From Pseudovirgaria hyperparasitica (lineage: Eukaryota): a DNA stretch of 64,000 nt. This document shows, piece after piece, positions 38,171-50,450 of this stretch (position 1 is its first letter; the number at the start of each line of letters is the position of its first letter). The notes beneath the pieces are model-generated. The model ran no database searches and was not told the DNA's origin. It saw only the letters and a list, made by a program, of their open reading frames with translations. The position numbers and the translations under genes are program-made. The stretch is from assembly GCA_010093815.1 (NCBI GenBank), contig ML996583.1. One strand, 5' to 3'.

Positions 38171-39377
38171 ATGGGTAAATCGTAAGTCTTCTTCCCTGTT
38201 CTGTCCACTCACTTGGCTTCATCACAACAAACCTGGTCGACCCTTGTGCCTCCCTCCTCCAACATGTTCGACTGATTCTTCACCATCCTTCCTTCCTCGT
38301 CTTCGAAACAGTCTTGAGCAACGTTGCTGTATCTTCTTCTCCACCGACCGCCACTTTTCCAGCGCATCCTCATGCCGGACCAGGACGACTGCTCCTCGTC
38401 TCCAAGAATGGCTCCCGCACGAAGACACAGCATACCGCGATATGAAGACACCGCTGGGCCTCAGCGCATGTCCGTCAAGACAAGCCATGACGTCCCTCTC
38501 TTGTCGAACAAAACCTCTCCCCTCAACCTTGCGCGACCCCACCATACCCACATACCCAATCATGACGAACGTGGCTACGACCAGTACAAGGCGCAACGCG
38601 ACTTTGTCCTGGAAAGGGCAATCAAGGAGAGAGCACACGACCTTTCACGACACTGGCCGATTGATCACATTGTCCTGGCCAAGAAGCTGATTATCCATTA
38701 TAGCCAGAGCAAGTTGTCGCAGCAGGAGCTTGCCGATCTGCAAAAGGCCACACATTTCGACAAGAAGGAGTTGCAGCAGTGGTATAAAGGTCTGTTGGTC
38801 CAAAGTCTCGTCAACAACCCTGGACTGAGGTAGCTGACACACCCGTCAAAGGCTTTCTGAAGGACTGCCCTTCTGGCATGCTCACGAAAGAGGAGTTTCA
38901 GAAGATCTACAAACAATTCTTCCCGTTCGGTGATCCGTCAAGTTTTGCAGATTACGTCTTCAACGTCTTCGATGCGGACAAATCAGGATCGATCGATTTC
39001 AAGGAGTTCATTTGCGCTCTCAGCGTGACAAGCAGAGGAAAGATGGAAGACAAATTGGACTGGGCGTTCCAGCTGTACGATATTGATGGCGACGGCAAGA
39101 TCAGCTACGATGAGATGCTAGCGATTGTCGAGGCAATCTACAAAATGGTAGGTCTATGTGCCGAGCCTGCGACATAGGGCGCTGATGAATCCGATAGGTC
39201 GGATCCATGGTCAAGCTCCCCGAAGACGAAGATACCCCTGAGAAGCGCGTAAAGAAGATCTTCAAGATGATGGACAAGGACGAGAATGGCAGTTTAGATA
39301 TGGCTGAGTTCAAGGAGGGCTCCAAGCGAGACGAGACCATCGTGTCAGCCCTTTCCCTCTACGACGGTCTCGTCTAA
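38171..39377 (+). CDS. NCS1: Neuronal calcium sensor-1 / frequenin (myristoylated EF-hand protein)
   Basis: Exons 38171-38181, 38704-38789, 38852-39147 and 39198-39377, giving MGKSQSKLSQ...[12 protein letters not shown]...[14 protein letters not shown]...[13 protein letters not shown]...LSLYDGLV*. Confidence 0.97.
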
Positions 39378-40814
39378 TAATCAGTCAATTGAGCGTTTCC
39401 ACTATACTTCATTAATCCATGACTGGGTTTCTCCTCGCTCTATTCGCTCTCCGGTACAAGCACCATCTTTAGCTCAGCTCATTGCACTGGAAGACAGTAC
39501 CGCAGTTATATCTGCTCCATTACACGTATCATGGCATGTCGGAGGTCGTTTGGGGGTTTGGTTCACTGTGAAAAGAGCGCCTTGTACGTACGTATCTTTC
39601 CTTCGTTGGTTACCGGGGCTCTTTGCTACTCTCTGTCAAACGTTAGGAATGCCTCTAGTCAGAACACCTGTCATAAGAGGCTATGAAAACACTATAAAGT
39701 TGATTCGAGCCTGTTTGCATTGTTAGCTTGTTGCGTTGCGTACTGGTTCATTTCCTTGCAGTGTTACCGGCGTACTTGCTTGGGACATTGCTGTGGCATT
39801 TATGCCGCCATTTGGGGAGCAACATCTGTCGTATTCTCAGGGGTCTAGGATCCTAGGTGAGTAGCAAAGAGCAAACAAGTGTCTGGACAAGTGTGAGCTC
39901 GCTAGAGTGAGCATACATACCGACTCTCTTCAGTCATACAACATCGCGAAATTCTTCTTCTGGCTGGACGATGAGCTCTCGTCCAATGCAATCTTGGTTG
40001 GTGATTTCAAGAGTGGTCAGGATCAATTCCTTCACACAAGGGACCGCAACTTCTTTAGGCTTGACGACTCAAAGACAATAAGTTATCAAAGCCTGCGTCG
40101 GGTACTCGGTAATACTGATACTCCCTCGAGGATTTATTCTGCTCCGATCAGTGCACACTAATATCCGATGATGATGCTCTCCATTAACAGACTGACGATA
40201 TATGCGATGGGGGTTTCACTGCAAGTGTATCACTGCAAGTGTAACGCGCTTAATTACACGAAGCTCGTGTCTCCTCTGATCCTATTCATGGTCCGACACT
40301 CCAGGTCTTCACGAAGTTGCACGCGGAAGCCTGTTCGGTCGCTGGACCACCTTCGAACCGAGCTTTTATCCTCGGATGATTAGGCAATAACCATAACACG
40401 CTTGGGTTGCCTGACGATTCCACATACTGCCGGGTTGATGCTATATGCATCTCCGTGATAATACTAGCGGTGAAGATGGCGGTCGACTGTACAGGGACTT
40501 CTCAATGGCATATTATTGTTCGTGGCATAGGACATCTATTCAATCATTTACTCTCTTTGGTCTTCTACTTATTCTTCCTACATATATATACTTCTGGCTT
40601 CCAGGTACAGTCTCCTCCCTTACCATCATGTTCCTCACAAGCCTTGCAAGTATAGTCAAGCTTACTATCAATCATGAATCTAGAATCAGACAACTGGAAC
40701 GCAATCGCTTTGCCAGCCAAACTCTGTCTCACGACTACTCAATCAACGTGCAAACAGAGCACTATGGCAAGCTCCGCTGGGTCGTGCTTGTGTAAGCTCT
40801 ACTGACAATCGCAG

Positions 40815-43463
40815 GTGTTGACCCCTGGTCCAAGTCCACAATCTGTGTACTCCGAACCAAGTAGGGACGGGTGCGGTGGATCGTCTGAGAGCATGATGGA
40901 TCTCCACTCCCTCGCATCGCACGAAGACATCGATTGGCATCATTTTGAGCAGCATGTGAGCGGCCTTGACGACAACTGTTTCTCAAATCTGCCTCAAAGC
41001 TACACTCAAAGCTCCATGGATGTAGCACACCATTTCTATGGCAACTCAGACCTTAATGACTTTTATGGTACACTGACACCGCCTTACGATTCGCCGCAAT
41101 CGCGAGACCAGTCTATAGCCACAGAGGACACAAGCGAGGGGTTCGGTACTCTCACCCAATACCATCCATATTGTACGGACCGTTCCGAAAGCGGGGCCTT
41201 GTATACGTCTTGTCCATGGCCAACTAACACGACAGACGCGTGGGCGCTTGATACCTCTGATGTTGAACACCTCCACCCGCATAGGGCTGACAGTTGTCAG
41301 CCTCCCGATCTTGGCGACCCCACTTTGAAGGCTAGCTGTGCGCCCGTGCTCAAAGTCGAGATGTTTGGCCCTGGTTATACTCAACAACCTCAACGGTCAT
41401 CACACTCGGTTTCTACGCCACCCGAGCAGTACTATTCAGCAACCACTCCTGGTCTACAGACGTCGCTCGATGTCTATGATCCGTATCCACAGCGTTCGGC
41501 GCGCTCGCAAGAAGAGCTACATTTTAGGGCCATGGCAGATGTTCGTTCAGACTCCATAAAGTATTCAAGTGTACATCATGCTAACACAGACCAGAGCGAT
41601 GATGAACGTGCCTCGCAACAGATCATGTCAGAACACCGACAGAGCGTGCGATCATGTATTCCCCCCACCGATCCCCTCGATGCGACATTCTCTTCTTCTC
41701 CCCTGGAGAGCACTTCGTCCCATGGTCACCTCTCAAGACCAGCAGTAACCTCCCCGAACCAGACGCAGAGACCTATCGCACAACATATAAAGAAGGGTAC
41801 AGGAAAAGTCGGCTTGAAGGTACTCAAGGGCCGCTATGGGAACATGCTCTGCTCAAGTCCAAGCAATGACTTGTTCGACGACATGAGCTCCGGCTCGGCA
41901 TTGCCTTTGAAACTGTTTCCATCATTGTCCGTGCACACTCCACTACGACGCAGAAAGCATGTCGCGGTGGCGTCGCCGATTTCTGAAGAACGTGCGATTG
42001 AAGAGACTATAGTTGAGAAGTTTGCTCGTGCGCCTGTCAATGTGCCTATTGCAGATTCATCCATCGTCAACGCCACCACCGATGACGGATCGTTCGGGCC
42101 AATCACTAGCGACGAAGACGATGGGCAGTTTTTAGTAGAGGAGGTTCTCGATAGGCGATCAAAGTTGATGGCTGATGGCTGTGAACACTTCGAATACTTG
42201 ATCAAGTTTGTCGGGTATAGCGCCAAATACAATGAATGGATTCAGGCCGATGATCTATGCGCTGACCTGCGTATTAAGTTCAATATTGAACATGCTGGGC
42301 TAGACTTTGAAGGACAAAATACGTTGGAAAAGGTCTCGGTCGATCCTGAGGAAGACCTTTTGGCTGCCATCGAGCGATGCGGCGACCCTGGCATCCGCAT
42401 CGGCAGTGTTGCCTTGGGCGAGCCTGACTGGGATGAGATGGATCTGGAGAGCACTCAACGGCTCGCGGAATCTGCTGCTGACGGAGACATGCAAATGGAG
42501 GATGAATCTGCCGGTGAAGGTACGAACAAGATCTCGAGGGGCAAGCCTCAAAAGAGTCGCAAAGCCTGCAAGTCAGACAAGCAAGTCAAGCCCTCCAAGC
42601 CCGCAACCAATCGTGGATCTTTCTCGGCAATGGAACGGGCTGTCATACAGCGACGTGCCAACCAGATCTGCAGAGAAAGAGGGATCACAGCATATGAATT
42701 CAAGGAGGCGATTCAGGTTAAACGTTACAAGGCAAAAAGTGACGTGTCTGAAATATGGCAGTCTCTGATAAGTGCGCTTCCACTGCGCAGTAGAGTTTCC
42801 GTTCAGAAATACTGTAGGAGACAGTTCAATAATGCCCAACGCGGAGCCAACTGGACTGCCGAGCAAGATGCTATCTTGCTTGAGTATGTGACGGAGTACA
42901 ATAACAGCTGTGGCTCGTCCAAGAACATTCCATATGCCATCATAGCCGAAAGATTGCAGCGCCGGGCCGAAGATTGTCGCGACCGCTATCGCGACTATCT
43001 CGAATACCCCGATCGGCGCACGGATCCATGGACGGCTGAAGAGGAGGCAAGATTGCTAGACGTTGTCGAGAATGTCATCCAGTTCGACATTGACTACATC
43101 AAGGAGAGCGGGACGTGGGACGCGTCACGGTATCCGCGAGAGGCCCTTGAACGTCGTATAAATTGGGACGTAGTTGCAAAGACGATGAAGACCCGGAATC
43201 GCCTTCAGTGTCATCCTCACTGGTACACTCTGAAGAACGGCAACACCCCAAGACAGCGAAGAGAGAAAGCCAAGGCTAGAAAGCCCGCCGCTGAGAGGGC
43301 CGAGGCCGAGTCTGCTGCGGAAACAGACGTCGCTTCACTCAACAAGCACAATCGCCTCTCGCAGGCCACCACATTGCCGCCGACAGACCAGAGTAGCCCG
43401 GACGCCATCTCAGCAATAGGCCAACCCCGACACGTCCGAAGGAAGAGCAGCCTGGAGCTTTAA
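40815..43463 (+). CDS. Chromodomain plus Reb1/TTF1/DMTF1-type Myb-repeat protein (start uncertain)
   Basis: 882-codon ORF preceded by an ACTGAC...GCAG acceptor; first internal ATG at 40893. Chromodomain FLVEEVLDRR...EYLIKFVGYSAKYNEW (about 42125-42275). Myb repeats GSFSAMERAVI...WQSL...LPLRSRVSVQKYCRR, WTAEQDAIL...RRAEDCRDRYRD and WTAEEEARLL...INWDVVAKTMKTRNRLQC (about 42610-43230). Confidence 0.85.
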   Translation: MLTPGPSPQSVYSEPSRDGCGGSSESMMDLHSLASHEDIDWHHFEQHVSGLDDNCFSNLPQSYTQSSMDVAHHFYGNSDLNDFYGTLTPPYDSPQSRDQSIATEDTSEGFGTLTQYHPYCTDRSESGALYTSCPWPTNTTDAWALDTSDVEHLHPHRADSCQPPDLGDPTLKASCAPVLKVEMFGPGYTQQPQRSSHSVSTPPEQYYSATTPGLQTSLDVYDPYPQRSARSQEELHFRAMADVRSDSIKYSSVHHANTDQSDDERASQQIMSEHRQSVRSCIPPTDPLDATFSSSPLESTSSHGHLSRPAVTSPNQTQRPIAQHIKKGTGKVGLKVLKGRYGNMLCSSPSNDLFDDMSSGSALPLKLFPSLSVHTPLRRRKHVAVASPISEERAIEETIVEKFARAPVNVPIADSSIVNATTDDGSFGPITSDEDDGQFLVEEVLDRRSKLMADGCEHFEYLIKFVGYSAKYNEWIQADDLCADLRIKFNIEHAGLDFEGQNTLEKVSVDPEEDLLAAIERCGDPGIRIGSVALGEPDWDEMDLESTQRLAESAADGDMQMEDESAGEGTNKISRGKPQKSRKACKSDKQVKPSKPATNRGSFSAMERAVIQRRANQICRERGITAYEFKEAIQVKRYKAKSDVSEIWQSLISALPLRSRVSVQKYCRRQFNNAQRGANWTAEQDAILLEYVTEYNNSCGSSKNIPYAIIAERLQRRAEDCRDRYRDYLEYPDRRTDPWTAEEEARLLDVVENVIQFDIDYIKESGTWDASRYPREALERRINWDVVAKTMKTRNRLQCHPHWYTLKNGNTPRQRREKAKARKPAAERAEAESAAETDVASLNKHNRLSQATTLPPTDQSSPDAISAIGQPRHVRRKSSLEL

Positions 43464-44705
43464 GCGGTTCCAGCAGTTTGAACTCCATCAAAAACGGATA
43501 TCCAGGAGGCCAGATGTCGGATTTGCCTGATCTTGACCTTGTGATCTACGGGGGGCCTTGGGGGCTACTTACGACCTTACGATGTTACGACTCAAAGAAT
43601 ACCTCTGTTTACCAATTTTCTTTCCGGGTCCTCTTTTCCGGCGGTTGTCACAAATGGGCTGCGTGTTGTTGATTCTCAGTTGTCGGAAAGTTTTGCGTCT
43701 CTTGGTATAGCATGCATGCATGCATGCATGATTGTCCCGGTGTAACGACGACGCTGCACTGGTCTTCTTTTGGGGATGGATGCATACTCGGAGGCTCTCG
43801 GGCATTGGGGATGTAGTAATATTGGGGTTGGGGGGTGGGCTTTCGGGCTTAGGTGTTGGTGGAGTTTGTTGCCTGTTGGGTCTACTTCTCTTTGGTTAAT
43901 TAGTTGTTTTAAACTAACTGTGGTCCAAACTTCTCATCATTACTGGACAGTGGAGTTTCGGCTTTGGGCGTTGGTGGTGTTGTTTCTTTTTTTCATGTAT
44001 TATACTTTTCGGTTCGATAGGTTGTTTTGTTATAGTTGAAACTTCTCATCATTACTGTGTTTTCACGAAACCCCCCCCCCTCCCTAGCAGTCCAGGAAGG
44101 AACCCCAGAGCGCTATAACGACCTGATGGATCCAGGAATGAACAGAGGAAACAACACGGAAACAATCGGGAGGGCCCAAAGCGATCCAGAGAACACGCCT
44201 GCCGGAGATCCGGATTCACGGGATAGATTTGTTAGTCAAGGGATTCCCTTGACTAATAAATCCATCCATCCATCTACCACCTACACGCGCGCTGCGCCGG
44301 GGGCAGGCAGGGCAAATACCGGTTATATAGGACGTGGACCCACTCAACCTCAGGAGAGTGTTATATTTCTCTATCTTCTCACATGGCACACTGACTGTAT
44401 CGCGTGTTCAATTCTCGATTTCAGTCGCTGGGTTTTGTATATATGGCTTGACTGGTGCGGAAAAGGCCTACGCTGCGTGATTGATGGGACACGCTACGTC
44501 AAGGGGAAAAGTGTAGATTGATTTTCCAAATTTCTCAAAGGCGCGATGGGCAAAGTCGCATTATCATGCCATAAATACAAAGAATAGTAGCGACTCCATC
44601 ATGGAAATCTAGTAGTACATCTCACACACAATCATCACTCTGCCAGACCAGCTCGGCATAATATACTACAACTCCTCCATCATCCCATCATCCCCTCATC
44701 AACCT

Positions 44706-45347
44706 CTACGCAATCGACCGCGTCCCATTATCCCCCTCCTCTACCCGCAGCTGCCCGCCCTCCCGCCGCCAAAACTCAATATCGCCCACCTCCCCTCTAC
44801 TCTGCTCCTCGCCCACACTACCCCTCACAATCCCCTCATCATTCTGCCCCCTACTCAGAATATCCTCGAGCGTGGTGCTCTGGTCCGTAAAGATCTTGAG
44901 GTGATCGGCTATCAGATGCCGCGCCTTGCAGCTCGGACACGCGATCAGCACCGTGCCGCCGTGGTAGCCTTGCTTGGAGATCCGGTGTGTCGAGCGTGTG
45001 GTGCAGGGCTTGCAGGTGAAGGTGAGCTGGTAGTGTGGTACGCCTTGGAATTGGGGCGGGATGGCGGTTGGGTCGGCGGGTGTCGCAGTGGGGGTGTCTG
45101 AGGATGGAGATGGGGAGGAGAATGTTGAGCCTGGTGCGCTGGTGTGGGTTGAGGAGGAGGAGGAGGAGGAGGAGGAGGAGGAGGAGGAGAAGCGCTGTGG
45201 GATTGGAGAGAGGCGAGGAGGGATGCTGATGCGGCGGAGGGCCGGAGGTGCGGTGGTGGTGAGGGTGCGTCGGGGGTGGAGGTTGGCGCGGAGGCTTGCG
45301 AATGTGCGCTGGCGGAGGGCGCGCGTGAAGAGGGTTGTATGGGACAT
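44706..45347 (-). CDS. ZIM17: Mitochondrial DNL zinc-finger Hsp70 escort protein
   Basis: R-rich presequence; YQLTFTCKPCTTRSTHRISKQGYHGGTVLIACPSCKARHLIADHLKIF. Confidence 0.95.
   Translation of the reverse strand: MSHTTLFTRALRQRTFASLRANLHPRRTLTTTAPPALRRISIPPRLSPIPQRFSSSSSSSSSSSSSTHTSAPGSTFSSPSPSSDTPTATPADPTAIPPQFQGVPHYQLTFTCKPCTTRSTHRISKQGYHGGTVLIACPSCKARHLIADHLKIFTDQSTTLEDILSRGQNDEGIVRGSVGEEQSRGEVGDIEFWRREGGQLRVEEGDNGTRSIA
45151..45189. repeat. (GAG)13 microsatellite encoding a poly-Ser tract in ZIM17
   Basis: Direct reading of the sequence. Confidence 0.9.
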
Positions 45348-45852
45348 TGTTTAGATGGTGGTGAGCATGGTAGTAGTGTGTTGGTGTGAAGGTTGGATGG
45401 AATGAATGAATGAATGATGGCTCTTGGAACATTTTTTCTTTTCGGGCAAGGAGATCCAGTGACGTCTGAGGACAGGGTCCCGGAAAGTGGGTCCGTGGGT
45501 GGATGGCCGCCTGTGTGTTCTAGCAGAATTCCATTCCGCATTCTCTAGAATCCCACCCTTTGTTCCCACAGAAACCTCGGGATTCTCTCTGCATAAAGCG
45601 ATTCTGAACGCTTTAGAGACGTGACAGAGACTTGCTCGCCTTTCCACAACTCCGTGCCCGCCCTACCTCCTCTACCCAGCAACACACGTCGGAGTATAGC
45701 GCCGTAGCCCGCGATCCTCCAACCCCCGCGTATTTCATCAGGTTGAGCCCGCGCGCCAAAAGCCAGGATTCGGCTCTGAAATCCGAGGACCACCGTCGAC
45801 TACTGGCGAAAAGAACCGGACGTGTTGCGTTTGGCGTTTTGAGGCTGCGAGC

Positions 45853-48573
45853 ATGTCTTTGACCTCGAATCGGACTAAGCATAGAGTGAAGCCTCCCCGA
45901 AAGGTATGTCATTTCACTGTTCTCAACCGAGTACACACAGCACGCGTCTTTCCCAGACCTAACCTTACCACTATCATGAACTCTTACTGACATCCGCTTC
46001 TACGCACAGGGACTCCAAGGCGATGCCGGCGGCTTCGAGCAGATGTGGCCCGAACTGCGCGATGCGTTTGGCGAGGTGCACAAGAAATGCGCGTCCAAGC
46101 TGTCCTACGAACAGCTGTACCGCAAAGGCTACACCCTGGTGCTGAAGAAGATGGGCATCCAGCTCTACGACGGCATAAAGGAATCAGAAAGTGTTTGGCT
46201 GAAAGCAGAAGTACTCGGTGAGATACGGGCAGTCTTGGCCGCGGGACAGTTCCAGACAAGCTCGGGCAGGTCGGAGAACGAGCAGCGGATATATGGGGAG
46301 GAGTTTCTGAGGATCATGAAGAATACGTATAATGATTATATGACGTCTATGAGTATGATTGCGGACGTGCTGATGTACTTGGTAAGGGCTGTTTCGTGGC
46401 GTTTCTGACGCAGAGAACAAGGCTGACATCGGTTGTAGGATCGTGTGTTTTGCAAAGATCACAGATGCCCGACGGTCTTCTCGATGGCTATGGGTCTGTT
46501 CCGGAAGATCGTGCTCGAAGAGTCGGCCTACCCGAACGACCCGGTCAACGTCCTCCGACACCTCACAGACATCATTCTGTTTCAAATACAACTGGAGAGA
46601 TCGGGCGAGATTATCGACAAGAGCCTGATACGGCAATGTGTGTACATGCTTGAGGGACTATACGTGACGGACCAGGAGCGGGAAGAGGACAGACTCTACG
46701 TGAACGCTTTCGAGCCCCACTTTCTAGACACGAGTCGAGAGTTCTACAAGTCCGAAGCCGAGCGCATGCTTTTCGAGTCCGATGCCGGGGCCTACTGTCG
46801 CATTGTGAGGAAACGCATAAATGAGGAGCAAGACCGGTGCAGATCGACGCTCTCTGACTTGACGACGGAGAAGATTGTCAGGGTCGTCGAGAATGAGCTT
46901 ATCAAGAATCAGATCGGTAACATCATTGCGTCGCCGAGCGGCGTTCGACATATGATAGACAATGATTTGTTTGATGAACTTGAGCTCATCTACGAGCTAG
47001 AAAGCCGTATAGATAAACGCAAGGGGGAATTGAAGAAGGCATTGCAGAAGAAGATTGTGGAGGCTGGCATGGAAGTCAACAATGCCGCGATCGCGGCCTC
47101 ACAGGCATCTGCCGCACCAGCCCAGGCAGGTGAGGGCGGCGAATCGTCTAGTAGAGCGCCCGCCGAGAAGTCTGGGAGCAACCAGACTGTTGCAGCCCTG
47201 ACGTGGGTCGACGACGTGCTTAAACTGAAGGACAAGTACGACTTGATCTGGCAACGATCATTTGACCAAGACCAAGACCTGCAAACAGCCCTTACGCGGA
47301 GCTTCTCTGACTTTATTAATTCAGCCACATTTCCTCGAGGTTCGGAGTACATTTCGCTGTTTATCGACGAGAACATGAAGAAGGGCATCAAAGGTAAGTC
47401 GGAAGCTGAGATTGACCAGCTGCTTGACAAGGCTATCACGCTACTCCGATACGTGCTCGACAAGGATATGTTCGAGAGGTACTACAAGAAGCACTTGTGT
47501 CGCCGTCTGCTCATGAACAAGTCTGTTAGCAATGATGTTGAGAAGCAGATGATCTCACGCATGAAGATCGAGCTTGGAAACAGCTTCACGGTCAAGCTGG
47601 AGGCTATGTTCAAGGACATGACCATCTCCGAGGAGCTCACCAGCGGTTACAAAAACTTTATCCACAATATGGGAGCAACCGACCCGACCAGAGTGGACCT
47701 GTCTATATCCGTCCTCACGAGCATGACCTGGCCATTAGAGTCTATGGGTGGTGCGATTGAGAACAGCGATTCAGGGGGCAGATCGAAATGCAAATTCCCT
47801 CCAACAATCGAGCGAGTGCGGCAAAACTTTGAACGATTCTACTCGGAAAAGCATTCGGGCAGACAGCTGACGTGGCTATCAAACATGGGCACGGCAGACA
47901 TCAAAGCAATATTCCCAAAAGTGCAGACAAAGGAGGGCTACAAGGAGCGGAAGCACGAGCTCAACGTCTCCACCTACGCCATGGTCGTGCTCCTGCTCTT
48001 CAACGACCTGCCCGCCGACCAGAGGCTCTCCTTTGAGACCATCCACGCCGAGACAAACATCCCCAAGGCCGACCTTGTCAGAACGCTGCAGTCGCTCGCC
48101 GTCTCGCCCAAGACGCGCATCCTGGTCAAGGAGCCGATGAGCCGCGACGTCAAGCCGACAGACCACTTCTGCTTCAACGAGGGCTTCAAGAGCCCCTTTG
48201 TCAAAGTTAAAGTCGGCGTCGTCATGGCCGGCAACAAGGTCGAGAACGAGCGGGAGCGGCGCGAGACGGAGCAGAAGAATGAAGCGTCGCGGGGGTTTGT
48301 CATTGAGGCCGCGATTGTGCGCATCATGAAGTGAGTCGACGTCCTCTTTCCCATAATTTTGGTATCTAGTAGTAGCTAACATTGTTGTGTCGTGGCAGAC
48401 AGCGCAAGGAGCTCAGCCACCAACAGCTCATCGCCGAGGTGCTCAGCCAGATGGCCGCCCAGTTCAAGCCCGAGGTGGCGATGATCAAGAAGCGCGTCGA
48501 GAGTCTGATTGAGCGCGAGTATCTGGAGCGGCTGGACGGCCAGGACCTGCCTGCGTACCGCTACCTGGCCTGA
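45853..48573 (+). CDS. CUL3: Cullin-3
   Basis: Exons 45853-45903, 46010-46381, 46439-48330 and 48399-48573. [38 protein letters not shown], neddylation motif [11 protein letters not shown] and [11 protein letters not shown]. Confidence 0.95.
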
Positions 48574-49099
48574 GAGTCCGAGAGGTGGTGGGCATGGTGG
48601 GTTAGTAATCGACAATGGTAAAAGGGTTTGTGGGAGGATTGGGAGGCAGGGTTTGCTATAAACTGCCCCATAAAAATCTCAATGCATTTTGCTTAGCATT
48701 TGTTAGTTTTCTTTTCTTCTTCAACGTTTCATTTTTCGGTTTTGAGCGTTTCTTGTCTGTTTTGTTTTTGGTTATTTGATTCCTCGCATGCATGCTACAG
48801 CAAGAAATGAAGCTGAGCAGCAGTGGAGAGAGGAAGGGGAGTTCAGATCTTGAACTTGCATTTTCGGAGTAGGAAATTTTTTTTTTTTTGGGAGGGGGCG
48901 TTGGTTGACATTGTTTGGTACCGCTTGCAATCTGTGTCACATTGAGCGGACGAGGGTTGAATTGCGGCGTGTATGGATGGATGGATGGGTGGAGAAATGA
49001 AAGGTGGTTGATGGCGATGAATGATGATGATAGGGCGGGCATATCCAGATGGTAGGCGCTCTGCTACTACAGGCAGGTTCAGATTGAGGTTTTGGTAAA

Positions 49100-50450
49100 G
49101 ATATATATATACTACTATCTATACTATACCAATATATACGACATGATTTGTTGGGGAGGGGGGCAATGATGCATGCATTGCTGTCTGCCTGCCTGCCTAC
49201 CTACGCACTACGCACTACGCACTACGCAGTATGTATGAGGTCTGTCGAGAGTTGGTTTTGAGCTCCTTTATCTTTGTTTTTGGTTTCCCCTCTTGCACAC
49301 GTGGGCGTGGGCGTGTGCATGTACGACATGTATGTATGTATGTACAAAGCCAGAAGCCAGCCAAGTATGCACGGAGGAGTCAGTCAGATATTCAGACAGT
49401 CAGTCAGATATTCAGACAGCCATACAATCAGACAAACGAACAAACGAAAAGCAAGCTCATCTCATCTCCCGTCCTCTCGTAGCTCGTATATGTAATTAGT
49501 GCTAATTACTTATCTGGCGATACCGAAGGCACGGAAGTGCTATCGCCAGCGAGCGCTTGTTACACGGCGTAATCTCGGTGGCCTGTCTGTCTGTCGGGTG
49601 TGTGTGTGTGTCTTGTGTGTCTTGTGTGTCTTGTGTGTTCATGTGGTACGAATACGGAAGGAGACGGGGATTGGAGGGTGGTATATGATGTAGTAGTTGT
49701 ATGGTGTGGTGTGGTGTGGTATGTGGTATGTGGGGGTCATTGTGCGGGATGTACATTTAAGGTATAGAGGGAAGGAAGGAAGGAAGGGTGGATGGGAGAA
49801 ATGGGGAAATGGAAGGAAGGATGAAGAGGTGGAAAGGAAGGAAGGTGCGCAGGATGATGTCTCTATGAGACTACCTAGAGAAGCAGATGGATAGGTAGAT
49901 TTGTTGACTGTTTGCGCGCAGACCGGACAAGCAGTCTAGACGATCTAGACAGTCTATCTAGATGGTAGTATGGAGAAGGTTCGTCCAGGGCCTGGTAATT
50001 AGGTACCTAATTTCATTTAATTTGCTGGATGCCAGGTGCTGGGTGACTTTGGGTAATTTTAGTAGTGGTGTGTTTCACGCGTTCCTTTGGCGGCGGACCC
50101 GGATGGGTGGATGGATGGAATGGATAGGTGGATTGATTGTTACCAGGTAATTACAATCGTTTTGTACCTTAAATTATGCTTGCCCTGCCCTGCCCTGTGC
50201 AGCGAAGGACCGGTCAAGCAGCACTTGAGAATGGGCTCGCACGAGGTTTGTGTCGATCTGCTGTGTGTATGCATGCATGCATGCATGGAGTAAGTACTGT
50301 AGTACTCAGCTTTTTTGTTTGTTTGAAGGACTGCTTGGTGTAAGTAATTAAGCGAGTACGGGCGGGGACGAGAATGTAGTGGTTTGTTTGACAAACGGCG
50401 AAGACGGGATGGATGGATGATGATGATGTGTGTATAACGAAGAATACTCA
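49100..50450. repeat. Intergenic tract rich in short tandem repeats
   Basis: (TACGCAC)n at about 49202, CAGTCAGATATTCAGA twice at about 49381, (GTGTCTT)n at about 49600, and (TGGTG)n, (GGAT)n, (ATGC)n and (TA)n tracts. Confidence 0.75.

Noticed and set aside
9201..39377. A Ca2+/cAMP signalling cluster (adenylate cyclase, FKBP-STIMATE, NCS1)
   Set aside because: The genes are spread over 30 kb among unrelated housekeeping genes, with no evidence of functional clustering.
39800..40800. Short ORFs and splice-like signals between NCS1 and the chromo-Myb gene
   Set aside because: I could not assemble a consistent spliced frame. Part may be an upstream exon of the chromo-Myb gene.
44036..44521. 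161-codon plus-strand ORF
   Set aside because: Non-ATG start, spans a C homopolymer and has no recognisable motif; probably intergenic.
49370..49430. CAGTCAGATATTCAGA repeats as a CRISPR-like array
   Set aside because: Eukaryotic context, only two adjacent copies, and no spacers or cas genes.
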